DNA of 51,937 nucleotides, from assembly GCF_001194135.2 (NCBI RefSeq), contig NC_068989.1, positions 66,949,549-67,001,485 on the forward strand, given 5' to 3'. The position numbers were made by a program, and so were the translations under genes. The notes under the pieces are model-generated. The model did not search any database and had not been told where the DNA came from. It saw only the letters and a program-made list of their open reading frames with translations. The DNA comes from Octopus bimaculoides. Taxonomy: Eukaryota. Shown here piece after piece: positions 34,776 to 47,370 of the stretch; position 1 is the first letter of the stretch, and each line of letters begins with the position of its first letter.

Positions 34776-35642
34776 TAGTGATTAGCTCAGAGCAACTGGC
34801 GTTACTGTAGTACTAAAAGTAATATCTTAGAACCTGTTATGCACGCCTTTATTTTGTTTATTTATTTATTACAATTTATTTATTTAAATGAATTTATGTG
34901 AATTTATTTGAGTTTGTAATAATTAAATTTATAATAAATAATGCCTATATAATAAATAGCCGAAATAAATTTGATTAGTTGCTTGACTCGTTGATTTTTT
35001 TCGAATGATGCTTCACATCATATAGAGAGGGGTGATAGGGAGTTAAAGACAGATACAGTGAGAAATAACATGAGATGCAGGTTAAATGCACATACTAGAT
35101 GTGGTGGTACGCACTGAGTTAAAGAACGCTGCACACAGCAAGAAAGAATCATAGAAACAACGGGGGAGGAGGGGGAGAGGAGGGACAGTTATCTCGAAAT
35201 TGAATATAAAGATTCTATATCATGTACAATAAGATGTTTTCATGCCCCCTCAATCTTTGCAGCAAAGGCTTTCACATTGTTTGAGGTATCTACGATACAC
35301 AAGTGCAGGTTACTCTGAAAGACGCTGTGTTCTATGTAAATGTTTGTCATAGAAATTGGTGCTTAATCAAGAGAAAATATTATTTGGGGAATAAATTTGT
35401 CTAAACCGTAAGACCACATGCACTTATTATTAAAAAAAAAAATGAACAACAAAAATAAAATGCATCTAGAAAACGATTTCGTCGAAGAACGAAGGTCAAA
35501 GTTAACTTTACAAAATTGAAATTTGAAAGGGATAAGTTAGCACAAAAAATTGACAGGCAGGAAATATATTTTATGATAAAAAGTTGGACGTTGTCAAAAT
35601 ATCGCAAAACAAGCACTACGGATTTTGAAAGAATTAATTATA

Positions 35643-35771
35643 CAGGGTGTCCACAAAATCTGGGTAGATGGGGATTAACACATACTTTAAGAAATTATTA
35701 TTTCTTATATTTAATTGTTTTAATGAAATGATTTTATTTACTCCATGTACCCAGACTTTGAGGACACCCTG
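35643..35771. mobile_element. 129-bp Tc1/mariner-type MITE
   Basis: 29-bp TIRs (26/29 match) CAGGGTGTCC.CAAA.TCTGGGTA.ATGG with TA TSDs. Confidence 0.9.
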
Positions 35772-36924
35772 TAGAATAACGTATAGTTCTCATGAATCCG
35801 CAAGACGAATATGAACATTTGTTTTGCTTTGTTCTTGCGACGTGGGAACATTAAATACCAAATATTGTCTTCTGTGTTCAATTCTTTAGCGTCGAAGAAT
35901 TTTCGACCACGAAGTATTAGAGAGAAGAAAATATAGCATCACGAAAATGTAGTTTTGTATATTTATTAATCTCTGCAGAATATTAATCGCGTTAGAATCT
36001 GATTGTGGAGTATTATTTCTACCGTCTTTCTTTGCTTCCTTTGAATAAATACAAAAATTGTTCTTTTATTTTCAATATGATATACTACGAAATCTACTAA
36101 AGAACTTGATTAAATTTTGTCATCATCAAATTTGAATTTAAAATAATCCATATGGAATTAGAATAAGATTTTTGTTTCTTTTACATTTTTTTTTTTATGT
36201 CTTTTCAAAAATTGATTGTTCAACATTACTAAATTAGCGAGTATCTCCTTCAAAACCCGCATTCATGTAAGAATTTAAAGAAGTTTCGCGCTTGAAATGA
36301 GAAATTGAATTTATTAAAGAAGTTGGACAAGTATTTAGAATCCAACAATTTACGTTTGTTCAGGCTTTCATGCTATTAAAGTCGTCAAGCTTAGCAAAAT
36401 TTCTTGCTATTCACTAGTTTTCTGAAGAAATTTCTTTGTTGATGTTGAATCTATTTTAACTGCGTCTGAAATCATGATACTATCTTAAATAACATCCAAT
36501 GTAAGTATGAAGTGATATTTACTAACAGTTTATTTCAGACGATATTTAAACATCACAGTCAAATGAAAATCAGCGATCTCTAAATTTATTGATAACACCC
36601 TTTTATCAAACCTCAACTTACAAATGTCTTCATCATAACGTTAATCATCATTTTCTTTATTACCTGACATAATGATCATCGTTCTTGTACTAGAGAAACG
36701 ATGTGACAATGTCCAACAAACTTAATTCTCAAGTGTTCCAGTCCAAGTGGCTGGTATGAATATGTCTGTTAGTAAAACTTACTACTGCATAAACGATTCG
36801 AGTCAGTAAGCATTTAAGACCTTGTATATAGAATTTTCATAGTCTTCGAAAATGTACTCAGTATTTTAATTTGTTAAAACTATCAAAAAGCATATTCTAT
36901 CATATACCACATATCATACCATAT

Positions 36925-37002
<78 letters not shown>

Positions 37003-37687
37003 NNNNNNNNNNNNNNNNNNNNNNNNNNNNNNNNNNNNNNNNNNNNNNNNNNNNNNNNNNNNNNNNNNNNNNNNNNNNNNNNNNNNNNNNNNNNNNNNNN
37101 NNNNNNNNNNNNNNNNNNNNNNNNNNNNNNNNNNNNNNNNNNNNNNNNNNNNNNNNNNNNNNNNNNNNNNNNNNNNNNNNNNNNNNNNNNNNNNNNNNNN
37201 NNNNNNNNNNNNNNNNNNNNNNNNNNNNNNNNNNNNNNNNNNNNNNNNNNNNNNNNNNNNNNNNNNNNNNNNNNNNNNNNNNNNNNNNNNNNNNNNNNNN
37301 NNNNNNNNNNNNNNNNNNNNNNNNNNNNNNNNNNNNNNNNNNNNNNNNNNNNNNNNNNNNNNNNNNNNNNNNNNNNNNNNNNNNNNNNNNNNNNNNNNNN
37401 NNNNNNNNNNNNNNNNNNNNNNNNNNNNNNNNNNNNNNNNNNNNNNNNNNNNNNNNNNNNNNNNNNNNNNNNNNNNNNNNNNNNNNNNNNNNNNNNNNNN
37501 NNNNNNNNNNNNNNNNNNNNNNNNNNNNNNNNNNNNNNNNNNNNNNNNNNNNNNNNNGTGGAATGTAAACAACACGTACTAGCGGTGTAATGGGATCTTT
37601 TCCCTTGAATAAAATTAGTGCCGTTGTTTGTCAACAACAACTATCGGCGGTACTGTTATTTATGACATCGTTCGTGCGTTTGTACTG

Positions 37688-37800
37688 GTTTTAGCTTTAG
37701 GGTTTTAGGGTTAGGGTTCGGGGTTTAGAGTTAGGGTTAGGGTTTTAGGGTTATGGTTAGGGTTGTGAGTATTTTTGCCAAACCCTCACCCTAACCCTAA
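37688..37800. repeat. Degenerate interstitial telomeric sequence
   Basis: TTAGGG/TTTTAGGG variants at 37688-37764, then CCCTCA-CCCTAA-CCCTAA at 37781-37800. Confidence 0.8.
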
Positions 37801-39591
37801 TCTGGTGTGTATGTGGGTTTGGGGCAACTTTGTGGGTTTGTGAGGGGCCGGGTGTAGGTGTGTCCACAGATGTTTGGGCCCTTGAATGTTCATCCATTTT
37901 TCCCAGAGTCACAATCGGCCCTTATGTGCCCCTTTCGGCCACCTAGGTCTAAACGTCTTGAAAAAAAATTATTCTTTTATCTTATATACTCAATAACGAT
38001 TAGTTTTGGTTATTGAAAACATTACCCATAAAAAGAATTGACTAGCAAGAAACTGCTGGCTCAGAAGCGATTATATTTTTAATTTAAGTTAACCTGAAAA
38101 AGTACAGGACAAGTAGAAGTGGAAGTTTTAAAATATTACGTATTCATTTGGAATCAAATTTAACAAAAGTCTTAATCTAATTCAAATATAACAGTATAAC
38201 TTCCCTTTGAAGAAAATTCTAAATAAACTTCCGTCATTTACTCCTTATAAAATAAAATATGGTGAATGATGGAAAGAAAGTGAAGCACTAGTATATGATG
38301 GAGATGGAGCTTGTCTTTCAAAATTTAACAAACCCTCACCAACTACACTCCTTTCATATTTTTCATTCACAGCTGAGCCGATATTTAGGCATAGTTAAAT
38401 ATGAGCTCAACTAGGTAGAGAACAGTGATGAGGATACATGTCAGCTTAACTAGTGAGAATCAAATAAGTAGTAGTATCTTGTCAGTTCAGAAATAATGAG
38501 ATAAATAATGTGATGAATTTACTGAGCTCTGCCTTCCTCAGCTAAAATATGAAAATTTCTCCCCACTTGAGACAAAGGACTTGAAATCTATGCCATGAAG
38601 CCTTGGAAATATAACATTCTTGGGATCTTGATACCCAGAAGCTCCCACCAACAACACTCATGTCTTCTATAAGACATGACCATCAAACCTTCCTTCCCAA
38701 AGTGCACAAAATTTGATCATTGAGTATGATCTCGGTTAGACGAGCATATCATAATGTGCTATGAAAAGAACAAAACTAGTTCTTCAAATTTTGCATTTTC
38801 AACATTCTGCTCAAAGGCAATATAGTCTTCCTTTTAATCTTTTCTATTATTTTTCCTTTTGAATACGAAAGACATTTTATTAAATTCAAATTTCAAGCTT
38901 TCACTTCTTTTTGTCCTGTACGTTAGGAATATTTACACTCACGCGGTTGCATTTTCCTGCTAATATGTATCTAAGAACATTGTAATTTGCTTGAAATGTT
39001 GTAAGGTGTAAATAACATATATCGCTTTAAAAATGCCTCAAGTAATGCAGATGAGAAGTTGGGCAAAATATGTATGGTGTTGACAGTAAATAGTAACAAA
39101 GAAATAATGTATTGCCTAGCGTAGTTTGTTAATGTTTTATTATATTTGTTAAGAGGGAATATTCCCCTTGTCAAATACAAGAAAGAAAGCAATGTATGAA
39201 TTCAGAGAAAAGCCTTACTACCAGAAGGCCATATTGGTGTGTTGTGAGAAAGGGGAAGAGAGATAAAGAGAGAGAGGGGGAGATTTGTGTAAATATCTTG
39301 CTTGTATCGCCATTTATGGGAAAAAAATACGAATAACGCATTAGATATGTTCAAAATTCTGTCTATTGCCTTTAAATTTTTCATTCTATGGACTAAAAAT
39401 TACCGGAAAGGTACGATTAGGCGCGATTGTTTTAAGTACTAGTGATTTGGCACTACCAACTGGACATTAAATCTGTTTTAGTGATGGCTTTTTAGACGAC
39501 AGACCCTTTGGAGAATGGAGGCGATCGCGTGGAAATATATACATAGAGACAGAGAGAGAGAGAGAGACATTACAATGGATTAATTTAACTA

Positions 39592-39726
39592 GATGGACAT
39601 AAACACTTTCCCCTCTCCTCATACACAAAAAGATGGAGAAAGAAAGAAAGAAAGAAAGAAGATGGAGAGAGACATATTACAGTTGAGACCCGATGGACAT
39701 TAACACTTTCCATCTCCTCATACACA
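39592..39726. repeat. Two-copy direct repeat, period about 100 bp
   Basis: GATGGACAT(A/T)AACACTTTCC..CTCCTCATACACA twice. Confidence 0.75.
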
Positions 39727-40186
39727 GTGAAAAATATGCAAACACACACAAGCAGAAAGAGAGAGATGGGGGAAGAGACAGATATTAAAATACATTAGAT
39801 AATAGCGATTACTACAAACACGACTGTTACCACATACGCATAAAGAGAAAAACAAATAGAGTGTGAGAAAGAATGGGTGAAAGAGAGAGAGAGCTGAGTG
39901 AAAGATGTACAGAAATCTATTGTGATAAAACTTTTCGGTTCCACATTTCATCAATATTTTTACAAGAGATGAAGCAGAAAACCAAATGAAGATAACTAGT
40001 CGAGTAGTTTAGTAGTCGTGATAACATTTTCACCAAAAGGCCACGTGGACAAAACGTCCGATATTAAATACGTTCAGCTTCGAATCACCTACCTTAAATA
40101 GGCGGAGCCAACGTGACTAACCAAAACGGCCCACACCCAAAATTTACAGTCGAATAGTATATTATAACACCATGTATAAGATATGT

Positions 40187-40445
40187 GGAGTCGCACGGCT
40201 TAGTGTGTTGCACTCATGATCGTAAGATTATTGCTTCGATTCCTGGACCGTTCGATGCGTTGTGTTCCTGAGCAAAACACTTCATTTCCCGTTTCTCCAG
40301 TCCATTCAGATGACAAAAATAAGTAATCCAGCACTTACGATTGCGAGATCCCTTTTGCCGGACTGCTAAGTTACGGGAACGTAAACACACCAACGCCAAT
40401 TATCAAGCGGTGATGGGGGGACAAGCACAGACACAAGGTACACAC
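40187..40445 (+). mobile_element. Decayed CORE-like SINE head abutting an inverted family C tail fragment
   Basis: TTCGATTCCTGGACC...GTTGTGTTCCTGAGCAAAACACTT, then TTTTGCCGGACTGCTAAGTTACGGG. Confidence 0.6.
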
Positions 40446-40475
40446 ATACATAGATATACACATATAAGCGTGTAC

Positions 40476-40509
<34 letters not shown>

Positions 40510-40658
40510 TTGTGTATGTGTGTGTGTTCATACATATATAGACAAAGTAGCCAAGTGGTTACAATTTGGGGCTCGAGATCGAAGACCGTGAGTTGGGTCC
40601 TGAGTAGGGGGTGCATTGCATCCTTGCTGAATAAGCATAATTTTACGTTGTTACGGTC

Positions 40659-40720
<62 letters not shown>

Positions 40721-41326
40721 TCAATAGACTATATATTATTCATTCAAATACAGTGTACATTTAAACACATCAGAGATGTCCATAATAGGACATCTAACCC
40801 GCTAGAAGGAGCAGTCAAAAACTCCACGCCACAATTAGGGAAAATTTCGAAAGGTAATGAAAAATAAAAATATTTACCATCTATTTTCCGAACCAATGGT
40901 TTCAAGCTATATTTAGCAAAATAAAATATATTCCAAGGCCAGCTATCATCAGCGGAAAAACCAAGATTAACATATAAACATGAGGCACTACATAGAAACA
41001 TGACTTGCGCTTATATGGTATAATTTTTCAAAATCTCCCGCACGGGGGTGGGTCCTGGATAGCGGTCTAAAGGAGACAATCCCTTGCGCTTGACTTTTCT
41101 TCTTTGTATGTTGAAGAACTAGCCGTGAGGCCTTTTTTCCCTCCACTTCAAAGAAAGGTTATAGGTCACCGGCTGTTAGGGTCTGACGAGACGTATGTAA
41201 AGTCAAGCGCTTTATGGACGGGAAAACCTGGGTAACCCTATGAACAGATCATAACTATCTTTATCTAAATACTCTGCTGGTCTATAACTTAGAGTATACT
41301 TCTCTTTCGGATGTATGATTTACTGA

Positions 41327-41366
<40 letters not shown>

Positions 41367-41427
41367 TATATACATATGTATATATATATATATATATACA
41401 CATAGTGAAAGAGAGAGAGAGAGAGAG

Positions 41428-41746
41428 GTGAAAGTAAAGGCCTCCTTCAGTCATGAATGACCATGGGATTACACCTACAAAGTTACCTTCCGAGGCAAGG
41501 TTGTTTATTGAATACCAGTAGTCGCCCATGCATATCAGCCTTGCTTCTCCTCTCCACCGATGTTATCCAAGGGAAAGTCCAATACAGCTTGGCACCAGTG
41601 ACGTCGCAATTCATTTCTACAGCTGAGTTAACTGGAGCAACGTGAAGTAAAGTGTCTTTCTCAAGAACGCAACACGCAGCCCGGTCCGGGATTCGAACTC
41701 ACAATCTGACGACCGTAAGCTCGACGCTCTAACCACTGGGCCATGC
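41428..41746 (-). mobile_element. tRNA-derived SINE family F, full length
   Basis: TGGCCCAGTGGTTAGAGCG / GTTCGAATCCC head, CORE-like middle, tail AATCCCATGGTCATTCATGACTGAAGG. Confidence 0.88.
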
Positions 41747-42341
41747 ATTATGCTAGCATAAATTCAAAAATTTGGCTGTTTAGCAATAAAAAGATAAATC
41801 TGTAATAATTACATGCCATAAGTAACATTTAAACATTTCCATGTTCGTTTCACTTACTCGAGATATCCAAAGTTCAGTTTTTTTTTTTTGTTTGTTTTTT
41901 TTTCCCGAACTGTATTGCTTTTATCATCAATCCTGCAGTTATATGTACTAAAATTTCAAAGGCCACCGATGTCAGAAATGTACTTGGAGAGCCTATAAAT
42001 TTCGTCACCTCACTTATATATGTAATCTGTATTTTATATGTGGAGCAATGATTCGTTTTTAATCATATTACTTACGAAATGAAATACTAAATTACATGAT
42101 TCCCAGACATACGCCGTTAGCGTCTTCTTTGCAGATTATTCGCAGATCTTTTGTGCGTGAAGTAGCTTAATTTCAGATAACTTAAATATTTTGCATTTAT
42201 CTCGCTATTAAATTATTTCGACACCTCAGGGGATCCATTCCAATTCAAAATCACAATGAAATTTTCATTACCATCCTTTATAATATAGATAGATAGATAT
42301 CCATACATATGAATGTATATGTATGTATGTATGTATGTATG

Positions 42342-42403
<62 letters not shown>

Positions 42404-42429
42404 CATACATACATACATACATACGTATG

Positions 42430-42620
42430 AAAATGGCGGTGCCCCAGCATGGCCACAGCTCATGAGTTGAAACTAGATAAAATGAAAATAATAAAATGAA
42501 ATATAGATATATACACAGCCGCTGCATTGGCACCTTGGGCAAGTGTCTTCTATTATAGCCAAGGGCCGACCAAGCCTTGTGAATGGATTCGGTAGGACGG
42601 AAACTGAAAGCCAGTCGTGT
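42430..42620 (+). mobile_element. SINE family C fragments
   Basis: GGCGGTGCCCCAGCATGGCC tail piece and GCACCTTGGGCAAGTGTCTTCT body piece between microsatellites. Confidence 0.6.
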
Positions 42621-42687
<67 letters not shown>

Positions 42688-42689
42688 TG

Positions 42690-42738
<49 letters not shown>

Positions 42739-44137
42739 NNNNNNNNNNNNNNNNNNNNNNNNNNNNNNNNNNNNNNNNNNNNNNNNNNNNNNNNNNNNNN
42801 NNNNNNNNNNNNNNNNNNNNNNNNNNNNNNNNNNNNNNNNNNNNNNNNNNNNNNNNNNNNNNNNNNNNNNNNNNNNNNNNNNNNNNNNNNNNNNNNNNNN
42901 NNNNNNNNNNNNNNNNNNNNNNNNNNNNNNNNNNNNNNNNNNNNNNNNNNNNNNNNNNNNNNNNNNNNNNNNNNNNNNNNNNNNNNNNNNNNNNNNNNNN
43001 NNNNNNNNNNNNNNNNNNNNNNNNNNNNNNNNNNNNNNNNNNNNNNNNNNNNNNNNNNNNNNNNNNNNNNNNNNNNNNNNNNNNNNNNNNNNNNNNNNNN
43101 NNNNNNNNNNNNNNNNNNNNNNNNNNNNNNNNNNNNNNNNNNNNNNNNNNNNNNNNNNNNNNNNNNNNNNNNNNNNNNNNNNNNNNNNNNNNNNNNNNNN
43201 NNNNNNNNNNNNNNNNNNNNNNNNNNNNNNNNNNNNNNNNNNNNNNNNNNNNNNNNNNNNNNNNNNNNNNNNNNNNNNNNNNNNNNNNNNNNNNNNNNNN
43301 NNNNNNNNNNNNNNNNNNNNNNNNNNNNNNNNNNNNNNNNNNNNNNNNNNNNNNNNNNNNNNATTATCATTTATTAAAAAAAACATAAAGCTGATGCATA
43401 TCTCTAGGGAAATCTAAAACTGCGAAATTTTCAAATGCAATTTTAAACCAAGGCAGATTGCCTTATAGGGAATCATTAGAGCATAAGTAAAAAAAATGCT
43501 CTGCAGTCTTTGTTCTGGCTCTTTACGTTTTGAGTCCAAACACGACGAGGTCAACTTCGCTTTTTTCCGGTTAGAATTGATGAAATAAAATGCCATACAA
43601 ACCCTGAGGTTAATGGTATCGCCGAATCCCGTTGACTTAAAATTACCGGCCTTATTTCTAAGTTAGAAAGCATTGTAGTTTTAAACTTTTTTCAACTTAC
43701 CGAAACAGATGTACCCCTATGGCGGTGATTGAATTATTTTTAGATCCTATAGTTAGGAAGTTAGTGGGGGCTGAAATAGATTATTGGAACTGAAATACTT
43801 TATGTTCAAATTCAACAGTTGTCTGTTTTCTGGGGGTTATTTTTTTTCTTAAATATATATACGCCACATGGTTGTAATTAGGTGCACATACAGAAGGGTT
43901 TCATATATGTTATGCCTTAATTCTTTGATGTGGTCGAAGGGCACTGTCGCCAAATATGTCATGCCTAGGGCATTTTTTAGATATAACGGAGCCCATCTGT
44001 CACCAAATCTGACCACAGCCGATTTCTATCAAACGAAAACAAACAGACAGACAGACAGAAAGAAACAAACAAACAAAAAACTTGATCCTAGGGTAACAAT
44101 AGTACTTTAGTTATCGACTTCGAATGACAGATAAACA

Positions 44138-44240
44138 AAACTGACCTTGACGGTATTTGAACTCAGAACGTAGCGAGTTGGAACGATCCGGCAAAGCAAC
44201 CGATTCGACGCTCAAACGACTCTGCTAATCCGAAGCCTTA
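44138..44240 (-). mobile_element. Old SINE family B head
   Basis: GGTATTTGAACTCAGAACGT B-box region. Confidence 0.6.
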
Positions 44241-44493
44241 CGCATGTAGTATGCTGATATGAAAAACCGAATTTATCGAAGCAATTATCAGGCAAAAACT
44301 TACATCTGAATGGTTTCAAATATAAAACAAATAAGGGAGATAGCTACAATAAGATTACATGATCGAAAAATTTAGACATTGTAAATAATGCAACGTTGAA
44401 GTGGATCTGATCTTCATAGCCAAACTGGCTGAAGCAACGTTACCACGGCGAGAAGGCATATTCTACACAATATGCAAGACTAACGATAATCAC

Positions 44494-44526
<33 letters not shown>

Positions 44527-44662
44527 CACAAGAAACGTTATTGATATTATTATGCTTTGATATACATATCTTTCAATAAGCTCGTGACTTTTTCCTCGGT
44601 ATTTTGACAAACACTGAAGAAATTAGCAACAAGCTCATTAAGACATAAATGTTCGTTTCTGC

Positions 44663-44862
44663 TCTAGACACAAGAGCCCGAAATTTCGGGGGAAGGGGCC
44701 AGTTGATTAGATCGACCCCAGTACGCAACTGCTACTTAATTTATCGACCCCGAAAGGATGAAAGACAAAGTCGACCTCGGCGGAATTTGAAGCGTAAAAA
44801 CTGACGAAATATTGCTAAGCATTTCGCCCGGCGTGCTAACGTTTCTGCCAACTCGCCGCCTT
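44663..44862 (-). mobile_element. SINE family B
   Basis: Near-complete reverse-complement copy. Confidence 0.88.
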
Positions 44863-44892
44863 TTTAAAACATAAATATTAAAAAATAAGAAA

Positions 44893-45046
44893 GTGGCGTG
44901 CCAGCAGAATTGTTAGCATGCCAGACAATATGCTTAGTGGCACTTCGTCGTCTTTACATTCTGAGTTCAAATTCCGCCGAGGTCGACTTTGCGTCTCATC
45001 CTTTGGAGTTCAATGAAATAAGTACCAGTTGAGCACTGGGGTCGAA
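44893..45046 (+). mobile_element. SINE family B
   Basis: Head-to-head with the previous copy, 30 bp apart. Confidence 0.85.
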
Positions 45047-45279
45047 GAAATAAGTATGGGTTGAGCAAAAATTTGAGACAAATATTAAAGCATAGGGATA
45101 CCAATAACGCTTTCTGCATTTCTTATTGTATAATATTGCTCGGGCTCTGCACTTTTTCCTACCTTCAGCTGTGATGTTTGAATTCTCAGGGAGTGGACTG
45201 TATAGGAATTCTGAGGAACCGATAACCGAGGCATTAACTCGAATGATAACGTATTGTGCATCCAGTACATTGTTATATG

Positions 45280-45535
45280 TGTACGTGTGTGTGTATACAT
45301 GCATGTATGCGTATGTATTCATGCATGCATGTACGCATGCATACATGTATGCATGTATGCATGGATGCATGGATGCATACATATATGTATGCATGCATGT
45401 ATGTATATAAGCATGAATATATTTATGTATGTATGCATGCATATATGTATGTATATATGCATGCGTGCATATATGTATGTGTGTATGTGTGTATAGTGCA
45501 TGTATGTATAGTGCATGTTTGTATAGTGCATATAC
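45280..45535. repeat. Compound (ATGC/ATGT) microsatellite
   Basis: Read directly. Confidence 0.9.
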
Positions 45536-45772
45536 AACGAACAACAAAAACGACAGACGACACAGGAGGAACAAGGGGTAACAAATAAGGTGTTGACGTA
45601 AATCTAGTCTGTATTTCCTTCTCTTTTCTCTTATTCTTTGTAATTACACAATAATCTATTACTTACGCAGGCTTCATCTGGATTTGACTTCGTAACTCCG
45701 ACATTAAATTACCGCCCGGATTGCGTTGGACATGTAATTTTACTGGTGTATGTGTGTGGGGGTGTGTATGCA

Positions 45773-45930
45773 CAGGCATGGCTGTATGGTAAAAAGCTCG
45801 CTTCCCAACTACATGGTTCTGGGTTCAGTCTCACAGCGTGGTATTTGGACAGGTGTCTTCTACTCTAGCCTCGGACTAACCAAAGCCTTGTGAGCGAATT
45901 TGGTAGACAGAAACCCAAAGAAGCCCGTCG

Positions 45931-45982
<52 letters not shown>

Positions 45983-46820
45983 AGTAATATATAAATATAT
46001 GCATATATCCATACATATATGTACATACCTACATCTATATGTATACATACATGCATATATGGGTACATGTATGTATGTATGTATGTATGTATGTATGTAT
46101 AGGAAGAATTCACAAAAAAACAACAGACGAAGACAGGTGGTGTAGAAAGTATAACGCTCGGGAATTGAAAAAGTCTTTAACGTTTCGAGCCTACGCTCTT
46201 CCACAGAAAGGAACATAGAAAGAAACAAGGAGAGAAAAAAATGTGTGTAGTGGTTAGCGATCTATCATGGCGAATGCCGGACAGAAGGGTCACACAGGAG
46301 AGTTAAGAAGAAGGGGAAATAACTAAGTAGTAGTGATCCCAAAACGAAGGTGCGCGTGTGTAAGAGAGCGCTGGTGATCTTGACGTGTGTATGTGTGTAT
46401 GTGTAGGTGTGAAAATGTGGGGATGGGAATTAGTCTGTTCTGGTGTGTGCGTGGTGGTGTGTTGTGATGTGATGTGTTGTGGGATATGGTGTAGCGTGGT
46501 GTGGTGTGATGGTGTTGGGAGGTGGGGGAGGCGAGAGTGGGGAAAGCACGGGTGGNNNNNNNNNNNNNNNNNNNNNNNNNNNNNNGTGGGTTAGGCTGAG
46601 GGTGGGGGTAGAGGTGGGGTACTTGCGTGTCTGTGTCCCCCAACCATCGCTTGACAACAGATGTTCGTGTATTTATGTCCCTGTAAATTAGCGGTTCGGC
46701 AAAAGAGTACAATAAAATATACTAGGCTTACAAAGAATAAGTCCTGGGGTCAATTTGTTTGACTAAAGGTGGTGCTCCAGCATGGTCGCAGTCAAATGAC
46801 AAACAAGTAAAAGATAAAAG
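45773..46820 (+). mobile_element. SINE family C with expanded internal microsatellite and a nested insert
   Basis: Head 45773-45930, microsatellite to 46100, foreign insert about 46101-46620, tail 46625-46820. Confidence 0.8.
46175..46210 (-). ncRNA. Hammerhead-like motif with A6U core
   Basis: CUUU-CUGUGGA-A-GAGC(GUAG)GCUC-GAAACGUU-AAAG; stems I and II pair perfectly. Confidence 0.6.
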
Positions 46821-46838
46821 TGAGTGTGTGTGTGTGTA

Positions 46839-46930
<92 letters not shown>

Positions 46931-46947
46931 CATGCATGTATGTATGT

Positions 46948-47370
46948 ATCACCTATGGTCAAACATGTTGGGTAATGACTGAAAGAGTATGATCGCAAAT
47001 ACAAGTGGCTGAAATGGGGTTCCACAGAAGGACCTCTCCAATAACGTTACTCGACAGAGTGCATAGCGCGGAGATCAAGAACCCTCTCCAGTTCGAGCTG
47101 AGTCGCTGTTTTTCGGCGTTGAGAGGCCACGGGCCTCGTACTACGGATATGTGATTAGAAGATCGCAGGAATGAATCGCAAGACGGTTTCTTCGAGCCGA
47201 GCCAACTGACAAGAGACCTAGGTGGGTGGAAACCAAGAAAGAAATAGTTGGATAATATCCATAGTCTCAGTTGGTTACTCCTGGGAACCCAACTGGAAAA
47301 GAGGTGCTTGAGAACTCTAATCTTACGACCCACCAGGAAGTAGTAGGAGAAGGGGGATGGATGGATGGAT
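46948..47370 (+). mobile_element. RTE-clade LINE 3' fragment
   Basis: TYGQTCWVMTERV*SQIQVAEMGFHRR...TLLDRV, YYGYVIR.SQE*IARRFLRAEPTDKRPR; (GGAT)n tail. Confidence 0.85.

Noticed and set aside
38250-38830. Higher-complexity tract that might be a decayed gene
   Set aside because: All frames I translated have frequent stops and no recognisable motif.
41178-41215. CUGACGA-GAC(loop)GUC hammerhead-like start
   Set aside because: Followed by AAGC rather than GAAA, with no convincing stem I; at best a decayed remnant.
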